Position numbers and translations under genes: made by a program. This document shows positions 9,595 to 19,365 of a stretch of 64,000 nucleotides of DNA, piece by piece. The notes beneath the pieces are model-generated. The model was not told where the DNA came from and did not search any database. It was given only the letters and a program-made list of their open reading frames with translations. Position 1 is the first letter of the stretch. Each line of letters begins with the position of its first letter. The stretch is taken from assembly GCA_963764625.1 (NCBI GenBank), contig CAVXTH010000009.1, forward strand, positions 768,001 through 832,000, written 5' to 3'. Source of the stretch: Candidatus Krumholzibacteriota bacterium. GTDB taxonomy: Bacteria; Krumholzibacteriota; Krumholzibacteriia; JAJRXK01.

Positions 9595-11212
9595 TTGGCA
9601 TTGCCTCTACTTCGAGGAAAGAGGAAGTTCCTCAGCACCGAAAGAGCAGGTGAAGCGCGCGGGATTTTGCTGCTGCGGTACCTGCTTCTCGCACTCGCGC
9701 TGAACGCTCTTTGCGGATGCGCCTACTACAATACTTTCTACAACGCGAAGGTGGCCTATTCCACGGCGGAGAAGCTGGGGAAGGACATCGACCGCAGCAA
9801 ACTTCCCACCTCTTCGCAGAGACCCAAGTACGAAACAGCCATCGCCAAGTGCGAGCAGATGCTCGACCTGTACCCGAACAGCAAATACGTCGACGATGCC
9901 CTCTTTCTGATCGGCAAGTGTGAGTTCCGGCTCACGGAGTACCGCAAGTCGATCCGCAATTTCGACAACGTTCTGAACAATTTCCCTCGCAGCAAATTCG
10001 CCGAGGAATCGCTGTACTTGAAGAGTATCGCGCACCTCCAACTCGGAGAGGAGCAAGTCGCCCTGGATACTCTGCGGCGACTCAGGGAGGGTTATCCCAA
10101 GAGCAAGTTCACGGCGGAATCGCTCTACCAACTGGGCGACACTTTCGCCGCGGACGAGAACTGGGACCAGGCGCTGAAATACTACCAGCAGTACCTGCAG
10201 AAATACCGCAAGGACAAAGAGCGCAAGCGGGTGCTTTTCGACTCCGCCAGCATCTACCATCGTCTGAAGCAAGACGATCAGGTCGAGGCCCTGCTCGAGG
10301 AATTCCAGAAGGACACGAAAAAGGAAGATCTGGAGCAGGTCGTGCGGGCCAAACTGCTCTTGGCCGAATCGCTCAATGATCTGGGGAAGAGCACGGAGGC
10401 CCTGAAAATCCTCAATTCGGTGGAAGAGCAGGCAGCAATCTTCGAGAAGCGAGCTGAAGTCCTCTTGCTCAAGGGCAAGATCCAGCTGGCTCTGGGAAAG
10501 GAGGCCGATGCCCTGACGGTGCTGGGTCAGGTGAACGCGGAGTTTCCCAAGACCGAGTACGAGACGCAGTCACACTATCTGGTGGCGCAGCATGCGATCG
10601 AAGCGAAGGGTCCCAACGAGCAGGTGATTCGGGATGAGCTCGCGACCGCGACCGAGCAGGGGCTCAAAGGGGATTATCTCGGATCCGGTAAAACGACTGC
10701 GGCTGGAGATCTCTCGGTACGACAAGCTCATGGCGAATCTGGAAAAGCCCGATAGCACTTCCTGGCGGGAGGCCTTCGCCCTCGGCCAACTCCTCTATCT
10801 CGATTTGGGCAAGCCCAAGCTGGCCCTGCAGTACTACCGGATGGTGCTCGACAACTATCCCGATTGCCCGGAAGCGCCCCGGGCCGCCTACGCGATCGGC
10901 TTCATCGAAGAGGATGTCCTGGGAGATGACGACGCCGCGCAAGCCGCGTACGCCCTCCTGGACGAACGCTACCCCGAGAGTCTGCAGGCGCGCGGGAGAG
11001 AGGGGGAGGAGTTCTTGAAGCCGAAACCGCACACTCTCAATTCACAAACCGTGTTGGCTCGCAACCGCGGTCTTCGGCAAGGGGGCCAGGGCCCTGGCTC
11101 GTCTGAGTTTTCTCCGGCCGCGGTGGCGAACCGGCCGGGCCTGAATCCACTCAGAGCCTTGCGCAGAGGAGGCCCGGGAGCCACGTCGCCGCGCGATCGA
11201 GCCCAGCGATGA
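9595..11212 (+). CDS. TPR-repeat lipoprotein (frameshift near 10680)
   Basis: Lipobox-like LCGC then AYYNTFYNA; many TPR/YPxS motifs; ORF 9595..10755 continues in the shifted frame of ORF 10634..11212. Confidence 0.75.
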
Positions 11213-11979
11213 AGCGTGTTCTCTCTACCGCCACCGTCCTGCGCAGCCGCAGAGTCGCCGCCAAGACCTGGATTCTCGAACTCGCCTTCGAAGCCGAGAC
11301 ATCCTTTCGCGCGGGTCAATTCGTCATGGTGCAACCACGTACGCAAGGGTGCTTTCTGCCCCGACCGTTCTCGATTCTCGCACTTCGGGATGGCGTGTTG
11401 GAAATCCTGGTCAAGGAGCTGGGAAGAGGCAGTCGGGCTCTGGCGGAAAAGCGCCCGGGGTCTCCCCTGGAAGTTTTCGGTCCCTTGGGAAGGGCGTTTC
11501 CCTCAGAGCTCCTCTCCCGCAAGGCCCTGATTCTCGTGGCGGGCGGCGTGGGTATCGTGCCTCTGCGCTGTCTTCAACTCGAAGGCGCTGCTTCCAAGAC
11601 GACGCAGTGCGTGCCGCTCATGGGCGCCAGGCACTCCAGGGATCTGCCGCACGAGCTGCTGGATGGCTGGGAGCTGTGGGTGGAGGAGGACCCCCAAGGC
11701 ACAATGCGCAAGGGAGTCGTGACGCGTGGTCTCAAGGAGGCGCTGCGGCGGTTGCCCCAGGCGACGATCGCTTGCTGCGGGCCCACCGCCATGATGAAAG
11801 AGGTGGCGCGGATCGCCAGGGAGAAGGAGACTGAGACCTGGGTATGCCTCGAAGAGCAGATGGCCTGTGGCGCGGGCGTGTGCCGCTCCTGCGTAATTCC
11901 CGCCGCGGATGGCTCGCTAATGCGACCGGTCTGCAAGGAAGGGCCCGTGTTTTCCCTGAGTGAGATTCAGTATGGCTGA
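11209..11979 (+). CDS. pyrK: dihydroorotate dehydrogenase electron transfer subunit
   Basis: GQFVM, RPFSI, GPLG, AGGVG, MACGAGVCRSC...CKEGPVF 2Fe-2S motif. Confidence 0.92.
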   Translation: MKRVLSTATVLRSRRVAAKTWILELAFEAETSFRAGQFVMVQPRTQGCFLPRPFSILALRDGVLEILVKELGRGSRALAEKRPGSPLEVFGPLGRAFPSELLSRKALILVAGGVGIVPLRCLQLEGAASKTTQCVPLMGARHSRDLPHELLDGWELWVEEDPQGTMRKGVVTRGLKEALRRLPQATIACCGPTAMMKEVARIAREKETETWVCLEEQMACGAGVCRSCVIPAADGSLMRPVCKEGPVFSLSEIQYG

Positions 11980-12928
11980 TGCGCCTGCGCCAACGCCCAC
12001 CGATCCCGCCGAAGTCGACCTGAGGGTGCGCATCGGTCCGGTCGAGTTTCGCAATCCCATCTTCACCGCCTCGGGCACCTGGGGCTACGGTCTGGAATAC
12101 CTGGATCTGGTCGATCCCGCGCTTCTGGGCGGCGTGGTCACCAAGACGATCACAGTGAAGCCCCGTCTGGGGAATCCCCAGCCCCGCGTGCGGGAGTTGC
12201 CGACCGGAATGCTCAACTCGATCGGTCTGGAGAACGTGGGGCTAGAGGTTTTCCTCAAAGAAAAGTTGCCTCGTCTTCGGGAGCGTGGAGTCGGGGTGAT
12301 CGTCTCCCTTGCCGGCCGTGACGAGACCGAGTTCGGTGCGATGATCAACGAGCTGAGCCGCCATGAGGGTTGGGTGGGAATCGAATTGAATCTCTCGTGT
12401 CCCAACGTGACCGAGGGTGGACTCGATTTCGGAATCGACCCGAAAGCGATTCGGCGGATCAGCGAACTGGCCCGCAGCGAACTACCTCAGGACAAGTGTC
12501 TCTGGGCGAAGCTCACGCCGAACGACGCTCCCATCGAGTCTCTGGCTCGCGCGGCGAGCGATGGAGGCGCCCACGCCGTCACGTGCATCAACACCGTGGT
12601 GGGAATGAAGGTCGATCTTCAGACGCTTGCCCCCGTGTTCGCACGGGGAATCGCCGGGTACAGCGGCACCGGCATCAAGCCCATTGCCCTGGCGAAGGTC
12701 TGGCAGGTTGCGAAGTCTCTTGGGATCCCCGTGGTGGGAGTGGGCGGCATCGGCAGCATCGAGGACATTCTCGAGTTCTTCGTGGTGGGCGCCACCGCGG
12801 TCCAGGTGGGCACCGCGCTCTTTCCCCGACCGGACTTGGCGCATACTCTTCTTAGCAACTTGAAGAATGCTCTGGCGGCCCGGGGCGTCCGCAGTCCGAC
12901 GCAACTGCGTTGCGAGTCGCTGAACTAG
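11972..12928 (+). CDS. pyrD: dihydroorotate dehydrogenase class 1B catalytic subunit
   Basis: ASGT, NSIGLEN, ELNLSCPN, KLTPN, INT. Confidence 0.95.
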   Translation: MADAPAPTPTDPAEVDLRVRIGPVEFRNPIFTASGTWGYGLEYLDLVDPALLGGVVTKTITVKPRLGNPQPRVRELPTGMLNSIGLENVGLEVFLKEKLPRLRERGVGVIVSLAGRDETEFGAMINELSRHEGWVGIELNLSCPNVTEGGLDFGIDPKAIRRISELARSELPQDKCLWAKLTPNDAPIESLARAASDGGAHAVTCINTVVGMKVDLQTLAPVFARGIAGYSGTGIKPIALAKVWQVAKSLGIPVVGVGGIGSIEDILEFFVVGATAVQVGTALFPRPDLAHTLLSNLKNALAARGVRSPTQLRCESLN

Positions 12929-12942
12929 CCGGGAGGTTTGCA

Positions 12943-13443
12943 GTGTCACGCTATTGGCCTTGGTTGCTGGTGATTCCGGCGGCCCTTTTCGTGCTCATTC
13001 GGGGCCTTTCTCCCGGCCGGCCCATCGAGTTGGAGAAGCAAGAACTTCTACGAAGACACCAGGAACTGTTGCAGTCGGTTCGCCAGGGCAATCTCGACGC
13101 GTGGTTGGCTCTGGAGACCGAAAACTTCGTAGAATGCACCGGGGAGGAAATCCAGCAGCTCAGCCCTTCACAGCGGCGCACCCAGCGCTCGCTCTGGCTC
13201 GGTACCGTCAAGCTCGAGCGCTATGAAGACGCTTCCGATCCCATCGTCGAGGTCGCGAACGATGGATCGCTGGCATGGTTGATCACGCGCGTGCGCGTGG
13301 TGGGAACGCGTGAGGGCGCCGACGGGGCCGAAACGAAACTCGATTCCGTCGAACCCTGGGTGGAGCTGTACCGCAAAGTTCAGGGAGAATGGAGGCTCAG
13401 CGGCCGACAGACCGGCCGCTGCCTCAATTCGCAAGCCCCCTAG
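12943..13443 (+). CDS. membrane-anchored NTF2-like (DUF4440-type) protein
   Basis: N-terminal TM; DGSLAW...YRKVQGEWR pattern; GGAGG before GTG. Confidence 0.6.
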   Translation: MSRYWPWLLVIPAALFVLIRGLSPGRPIELEKQELLRRHQELLQSVRQGNLDAWLALETENFVECTGEEIQQLSPSQRRTQRSLWLGTVKLERYEDASDPIVEVANDGSLAWLITRVRVVGTREGADGAETKLDSVEPWVELYRKVQGEWRLSGRQTGRCLNSQAP

Positions 13444-13465
13444 GCACCAAGAACGTCGGGGAAAA

Positions 13466-14446
13466 CTATTTCTTTCGCGCGCCGAGGAGATGCTCAAAGG
13501 CATCCGTCAGTCCGGCGCGGAGGGCCGCTACTTCGGCCTCGGGCCACTCCGCGGGGTCCTGGCGGACGAAGGTCGTGAGATCTTTCCGGTTGTCGAAGCG
13601 AGCCAGAGGCAGATGAAAGACTCTCCCGCGGGTTTCGATGCGCACCGTATCGGGGCGATCGGTCTGCTGAAGCAGCCACTCGATGTCGTCGCAGCCGTAG
13701 TCACCCAGCATGACCTTGATGGGTACTCCGTGATTGAGAATCGAAGCGTCCCCGTCGCGGCCGGGCTTGGCCCGCTCTTCGTTCTTGCGGCGCGATTCCG
13801 CGGGCGAAACCCAAATGTAGAGAACGCTGGCGCTCTCGAGGATTTCGTCGCTCAACTGGGCGAATCCCCAAGCGTATCCGAAAGGGGCCGGCAGGGGCAT
13901 CGATGATCCGTCGGCGCCTCCGCGCGCGAATTCGATGACGATGGTCCTGCCGTCGAGGCTCTTGGGGATTCCGGCGAGCTTGTCGTTCAGAATCGCGGCG
14001 GCCTCGTCCTCCAGCGCTTCGATCAGTTCTTCGCGTACTGCGGGCGCCAGTTCGGCCAGCGCCGCTCGTGCGCCGACCGCGGCACGGCAGCGATCGAAGC
14101 GTTCGAAGAGCCATGCCGCCGCGGACTGGACCTCGATGCGGGGCGGCGCGTGAAGATCGCGGTAGTCTTCGTTGATCAGATGCATCAGCGTTCCCCAGTC
14201 CAGAGGCTCGCTGAACGGCTCCAGTTGTGAGGAGAAGAAGATGCCGTCGTGACCTCGCGCCGTCAGTTCCTCGGAAATACGGCGCATGGCATGAACATAG
14301 GGGTAGTCGTCCAGCTGCACCGTTTCCCCCAGGTGAAAATCCCGCGTGACCTCTTCGGGGCTCAGATGTTCCAGGTAGCGGCGGACTTCGGACTTGCCCG
14401 AGGCCGGGAGCGCGGTCAAAAGGAGCGTGGGCAGGAGCTTGGTCAT
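13466..14446 (-). CDS. conserved hypothetical P-loop (kinase-like) protein
   Basis: N-terminal LLTALPASGKS Walker-A-like motif; start overlaps the upstream stop by 4 nt. Confidence 0.65.
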   Translation of the reverse strand: MTKLLPTLLLTALPASGKSEVRRYLEHLSPEEVTRDFHLGETVQLDDYPYVHAMRRISEELTARGHDGIFFSSQLEPFSEPLDWGTLMHLINEDYRDLHAPPRIEVQSAAAWLFERFDRCRAAVGARAALAELAPAVREELIEALEDEAAAILNDKLAGIPKSLDGRTIVIEFARGGADGSSMPLPAPFGYAWGFAQLSDEILESASVLYIWVSPAESRRKNEERAKPGRDGDASILNHGVPIKVMLGDYGCDDIEWLLQQTDRPDTVRIETRGRVFHLPLARFDNRKDLTTFVRQDPAEWPEAEVAALRAGLTDAFEHLLGARKK

Positions 14447-15522
14447 TCGAGGAACTCCTCTTCTTCAGAATCCTCCGATTCGTCTGCCAGGTCGTCAGAC
14501 TCGGCAAACTCGTGTTCCATCTCGCTCAGATTGGTCGCCAGCAAGAGCGCCCTGAGCTCGTCGTCGATTTCATCTTCGGGGGCTTCCGACTCGGCGAGAG
14601 CTTCGGACTCCCACGGTTCGTCCATCTGAGAAAGTCCCCGCTCCAAGAGTTCTGCCACCGCTTCGCCCACCTCGATCGATTCGGTGGACTTCCCTTCCAC
14701 GCCCTCTCGGATGAGGCGATACCCGTCGGTGTCGGCGACCATTCCCAAGAGAAGGAGACGCCTTCCCTTACACTGCGCGAGCGCGGCGACCGGGGAGTCC
14801 CATTCGCAGCCCAGGGCATCCATCAACGAGCGCTCGGCTGCGTACTCCCGCGCGGTCGGCAGGTGATGCACGCACGAGAGCCGTTCCCGCGTCAGCTTGT
14901 CCTCACGCCGGACGACACAGACCAGAATTCCCGAGCAGGGGGCCGGAATCACCAGGTCGGCGGGAAAGATCTCACTCACACGTTCCTGAAGGCCCAGCTG
15001 TTCGATGGCCGCGTTGGGCATGACCAGTGCTTCGATCTTGTGATCCAGAAGATCGGCCAGCCAGGTCGCCACGTCTCCGGACATGAGTGTCCAGTCCAGA
15101 TCGTGTCGGTACTGGAGCATCTGCACGCGGGCCCTCAGCTGCACGACGCCCACCGAAGTGCCCGCGTCCAATTCGTCGAGGGTGATTCCGCAGGGCGAAA
15201 GGAGCGCGTCGTAAGGCGAGCAACGCCGGGGGATCGCCGCAATGGCGAGATCCGGTGGAAGCTTGTCGCGCAGATCGAAGCCTCGATGGATCACGAGGTC
15301 GCAGTCGCCATCCCGCAGGATCTGGTGCAGAACCTGAATACTGCGCCGGTTCTCCGCGATGTGGTCCACATGTACCGCGATGGGACGATCCTGCGAGGGA
15401 CGCACGAGTTCGAGATGCACGGGATACGACGGCACGAATTCCCGCAGCTGTTTCAAGAACAGCTCGGCTTGGGCTCTGGCGAGACCATCCTCTCTCGTTC
15501 CAATGGTGAGTGGTTGAACCAT
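14443..15522 (-). CDS. HemC (hydroxymethylbilane synthase)-like protein with degenerate active site and acidic tail
   Basis: IGTR..LA.AQ, DLVIH...D, PYDALLS, PAPCSG, AERSL follow HemC order; GTSSLRR, RGN and GGC motifs are altered. Confidence 0.75.
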   Translation of the reverse strand: MVQPLTIGTREDGLARAQAELFLKQLREFVPSYPVHLELVRPSQDRPIAVHVDHIAENRRSIQVLHQILRDGDCDLVIHRGFDLRDKLPPDLAIAAIPRRCSPYDALLSPCGITLDELDAGTSVGVVQLRARVQMLQYRHDLDWTLMSGDVATWLADLLDHKIEALVMPNAAIEQLGLQERVSEIFPADLVIPAPCSGILVCVVRREDKLTRERLSCVHHLPTAREYAAERSLMDALGCEWDSPVAALAQCKGRRLLLLGMVADTDGYRLIREGVEGKSTESIEVGEAVAELLERGLSQMDEPWESEALAESEAPEDEIDDELRALLLATNLSEMEHEFAESDDLADESEDSEEEEFLE

Positions 15523-15525
15523 GGA

Positions 15526-16620
15526 TCAGGCGGCTTTGTCATGCGAAACGGCGTCGATGCGCCGACTCTTTGCGCTCGATTCGTCCGAACGCGGGAATAC
15601 GTGTGGGAGCACGATCCACACCAGCAAAAAGGTGGCAAGGAGGAGCGCAGTTGTAAAGAAAAGAGCGTGATGGCCGAGAATCACGGTCACTCCGGTGACT
15701 GCGCCCAGGAGGGTGAGCGCGCTCAAACTCAGCCCCGCGCTCTTGGGAGAGAGACCGGCGTCGAGCAGGCGGTGGTGAAGGTGCCCCAGGTCGCCACGGA
15801 AAATGCTGCTGCGTCGCGCCCAGCGACGCAAAACGGCGTAGCCCGTATCCAGCACCGGCACCCAGGAAATGAGGAGAAGGCCGAGCAGTGTACGGAGTGA
15901 AGGCTGGGCCCAGAAGATCGCCGCCCCCACGCCAGCGAGGACGAAACCGGTGAACATCGAGCCGGTATCCCCCATGATGATGCTGGCGGGCGGAGCGTTC
16001 TTGCGCAAGAACGCGAAGCTCGCTCCAGAAACTACCGCCGCGACCAGAGCAGCCAGCGGCAAGTGGAGCAGCAGGGCCACAACCGCCATCGCGAAACCGA
16101 TCACCGCCGCGATCGAAGCCGCCAGGCCGTCCAGCCCATCGATGAGATTCATGGCATTGCTCAGGCCCAACATCCAGAGCAAGAGCATGAGCGACACGAG
16201 GATGTGTAGCCAGAGACTCGAGGCAACTTGCAGTCCCAAGACATCCATGTGGATCTGTAAGACACCCACCGCCACCGCTTGGGTAATCAACTTCTTCCAG
16301 GGGAGACTCTCCTGCAGGTCGTCGATCAATCCCAGAATGACCACGAGTCCTCCGGCAAGGATCACTCCGCTGAGAAAGCGCGACGCGCTCGGACTTCTCA
16401 GGGCCCCAAAAGCGAAGGAGGAGATCAGCAGGGTCAAAACGACTGCTCCGTAGATCGCGAGTCCGCCGATGCGCGGTCTCATTTCCGGCTCCAATTCGGA
16501 TCGACGAGGGGCTGAGTTTCTGAGTCCGTCGAGGATCGCCAGTCGGGCGACGAGGGGAGTGAGACCGAGGCACAACAGGCACGCGAGACTGAACCCGAAG
16601 ATGGCCGACAGGATGGACAT
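15526..16620 (-). CDS. WecA/MraY-family polyprenyl-phosphate HexNAc-1-phosphate transferase
   Basis: GLIDD, NAMNLIDGLDGLA, MGDTGS, HLHHRL; multiple TMs. Confidence 0.92.
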   Translation of the reverse strand: MSILSAIFGFSLACLLCLGLTPLVARLAILDGLRNSAPRRSELEPEMRPRIGGLAIYGAVVLTLLISSFAFGALRSPSASRFLSGVILAGGLVVILGLIDDLQESLPWKKLITQAVAVGVLQIHMDVLGLQVASSLWLHILVSLMLLLWMLGLSNAMNLIDGLDGLAASIAAVIGFAMAVVALLLHLPLAALVAAVVSGASFAFLRKNAPPASIIMGDTGSMFTGFVLAGVGAAIFWAQPSLRTLLGLLLISWVPVLDTGYAVLRRWARRSSIFRGDLGHLHHRLLDAGLSPKSAGLSLSALTLLGAVTGVTVILGHHALFFTTALLLATFLLVWIVLPHVFPRSDESSAKSRRIDAVSHDKAA

Positions 16621-16784
16621 GTTCGCGCTTCTCCGAAGCGAGGGAGGCAAGGCGCAAGAGCGGCGAATCACGCGGCTGCCTTCCGTTTACCGTCCCGGGG
16701 GAGGCAGGTCAAGAATTATCGGCGGCGTCGGGCTTCAGTACGCGGCCCTTCGAGCTCGCGGCCGCGGGTAAAAGGAGAAAGTGG

Positions 16785-18047
16785 TCAGCCCGGCGCAGCG
16801 GGCCACACCAGGAGTCTCGCTACGATCCACAATCCGCCCACGGTGAGCGGGAGCAGGCTCGCGATCGTGGCCAGGATCGCTCCCTGCGCGCCCAGGGGTG
16901 GAATGAGGAGGAAATTGGCCACCACGTTCAGGAGCGCGGTCAGGACCATGAGCCGGGCATAGGTGGTCTGACGATCCGTGGCGAGAAGGGCGGGAAAGAT
17001 CACGGTGCCGATTCCTCGCATCACGAGGATGGGCACCATGATCCTCAGCAGAGGTCCAGAGGCCGAAAAGTCGCGCGTGAAGAGCCGGACCAGAATGGGT
17101 GGGCCCAGCCAGTAGAGCAGCATTCCCCCCACGACCGCGTACACCGAGGACCACGACAGCGCTTCCAGCAGCCGCGCACGGGCCTCGGGAAGCAGGTTCT
17201 TTTTCACCGCGCTCACGAGCGCGGGGCGTAGAGTCCAGGCAATGGCGAAGGTGGGAAACAGCGCTGCGTCCAGAATGGTGCGCGCCACGCCGAAGTCTCC
17301 CGCGGTCGCCGCGTTACGCAACCATCCCACCATGAGCTTGTCCGTCTGTGCATAGATCAGAAAGGACGCCGAAGACAGGGCCAGAGGAGCGCTCACCCTC
17401 ATGACGCGCTTGCGGGCGAAAGACCGCTCGTCGGAGGTGGAGTGGGAGGGAAAGCGGCGCAGGATGTAGGTCCAAGCGATCGATGAGGTCAAGAGCTGCG
17501 AGAGAACGTGGGCGGTGAGAAAAGCCACCACCCCCCACGCGGCCGAGCGCACGATGAGCACCGCCGCGACGCGCAGCACCAAAAAGCAGAGGCGGACCAG
17601 GAAGATGGCCGGAAAGCGGCCCAGTCCCACCAGAGATTCGCTCGCGAGCTCATAGCTCGAAGCCGCCAGGAGCACCGGCGCCACCATCCAGAACGGCGCG
17701 ACCAGAGCGGGTCCGTCGATGGCTTTGGCGAGGAAGGGGGAGATCACCAGCGCGAGCAGCGCGGTGGGAACAGTGAACAAGCTCCGCACCGCAATGCCGG
17801 CCCTGATCCACACCCCGGGATCTTCCTGGTTCTCGGTGATCAGGCGGCTGGCGGCGGCCTGGACTCCGAACTTCGCCACGATGAGGAGAACTGTGGCCGC
17901 CGACATGACCAGGATATACTGCCCGGTCGTCTCCCGGCCCAGATAGGGGAAGAGGAGAACCGAAACCAGGAAGGACGCCACGAGCGGAAGCACGGCCGAA
18001 CTCAGGTTCCAGGCCATGCCACGAGCGAAACCGCTGCCAGCCCTCAT
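16785..18047 (-). CDS. Wzx-type oligosaccharide flippase
   Basis: About 12 TMs; TDKLM, LNVVANFLLIP.LG..GA motifs; polysaccharide context; start uncertain. Confidence 0.85.
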   Translation of the reverse strand: MRAGSGFARGMAWNLSSAVLPLVASFLVSVLLFPYLGRETTGQYILVMSAATVLLIVAKFGVQAAASRLITENQEDPGVWIRAGIAVRSLFTVPTALLALVISPFLAKAIDGPALVAPFWMVAPVLLAASSYELASESLVGLGRFPAIFLVRLCFLVLRVAAVLIVRSAAWGVVAFLTAHVLSQLLTSSIAWTYILRRFPSHSTSDERSFARKRVMRVSAPLALSSASFLIYAQTDKLMVGWLRNAATAGDFGVARTILDAALFPTFAIAWTLRPALVSAVKKNLLPEARARLLEALSWSSVYAVVGGMLLYWLGPPILVRLFTRDFSASGPLLRIMVPILVMRGIGTVIFPALLATDRQTTYARLMVLTALLNVVANFLLIPPLGAQGAILATIASLLPLTVGGLWIVARLLVWPAAPG

Positions 18048-18057
18048 CTCCACGGAA

Positions 18058-19365
18058 TCACCTTCCGAAACAGCCGTAGGCGAAGCCCAGAGACTCCATG
18101 TGCGCTCGCTCATACACGTTGCGACAATCGAGGAAGACAGCGCTACGCATCGACGACTTCAGGCGCAAGAGATCGAGAGTGCGAAAGGAGTTCCATTCGG
18201 TGACGAGCACCACTGCATCCGCGCCCTTCGCGCATGAGTAGGCGTCGTTCGTCGTTTCCATGTCCGCGACCACGCGACAAAAGCTCTGGTTGGCCTCGGG
18301 GTCGAAGCCCACCACGCTCGCGCCTTTCTGCCGGAGAATCCTCACCAGCTCGATCGCCGGAGCTTCCCGCACGTCGTCCGTGTTCGGCTTGAACGCCAGT
18401 CCCAACAGAGCGATGCGCTTTCCCTCGATCTTCCCCAGAAGAGCCTCGAGCTTGTGCACTGCTCTTGGGACTCGATGGGCGTTCACCTCGATCGCGGCGC
18501 TGATGATCGAGAGCTCCTCCTCGTGTTCTTTGCCCATGTTCACGATCGCCCGTGTGTCCTTGGGTAGACACGAACCACCGAACCCCAAGCCGGGGTGCAG
18601 AAACTTGGGGCCGATGCGCCCATCGAGCCCCATGACTTTGGCCACCGCGGAGACGTCGGCGCCGGTTTGCTCGCACAAGTCGGCGAGTTCGTTGATGTAG
18701 GAGATCTTCAGGGCCAAGAAAGCGTTACTGGCGTACTTGATGAGCTCGCTGGTGGGGATGTCGCAAACCACGATGGGAGTTTCAAGCAAGAAGAGCGGCC
18801 GATACAGCTCACGCAGAAGCCGTTCGCCGGCCGCCGATTCCACACCGAGCACGACCCGGTCCGGGCGCATGAAGTCCCCGATCGCGCTTCCCTCGCGCAA
18901 GAATTCTGGATTGGAGGCGACTTCGAATTTCGCTCCCTTTTGCGCGACGCTCTCGATCTCCGCCTTAACGCGGCGCGAGGTTCCCACCGGAACCGTGCTC
19001 TTGGTGACGATGAGCTTGCTCTCCCCCGCGACTAGATGCGTTCCCACTTCTCGGGCCACGCTGAGCACATGACTCAAGTCTGCCTCTCCACGTTCTCCGC
19101 TGGGAGTTTGCACCGCGATCATGATCACTTCCGCCGCGCGGATTCCCGCCTTGAGATCGGTGCTGAAATCGAGTCGGCCCTCTTCGTGATTGCGGAGCAC
19201 GAGTTGGGTAAGGCCCGGTTCGAAAAAGGGAATCTCGTGGCGCTTCAGAGCCGCGATGCGTTCCTTGTCGATGTCCACGCAATGCACTTCGTGCCCGAAA
19301 TCGGCGAAGCACGCCCCCGAGACCAAACCGACATAACCCGTTCCCACCATGCAGATCTTAGCCAC
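18058..19365 (-). CDS. ugd: UDP-glucose/GDP-mannose dehydrogenase
   Basis: GTGYVG, KSTVPVG, NPEFLREG, GFGGSCLPKD, FKPNTDD. Confidence 0.93.
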   Translation of the reverse strand: MAKICMVGTGYVGLVSGACFADFGHEVHCVDIDKERIAALKRHEIPFFEPGLTQLVLRNHEEGRLDFSTDLKAGIRAAEVIMIAVQTPSGERGEADLSHVLSVAREVGTHLVAGESKLIVTKSTVPVGTSRRVKAEIESVAQKGAKFEVASNPEFLREGSAIGDFMRPDRVVLGVESAAGERLLRELYRPLFLLETPIVVCDIPTSELIKYASNAFLALKISYINELADLCEQTGADVSAVAKVMGLDGRIGPKFLHPGLGFGGSCLPKDTRAIVNMGKEHEEELSIISAAIEVNAHRVPRAVHKLEALLGKIEGKRIALLGLAFKPNTDDVREAPAIELVRILRQKGASVVGFDPEANQSFCRVVADMETTNDAYSCAKGADAVVLVTEWNSFRTLDLLRLKSSMRSAVFLDCRNVYERAHMESLGFAYGCFGR

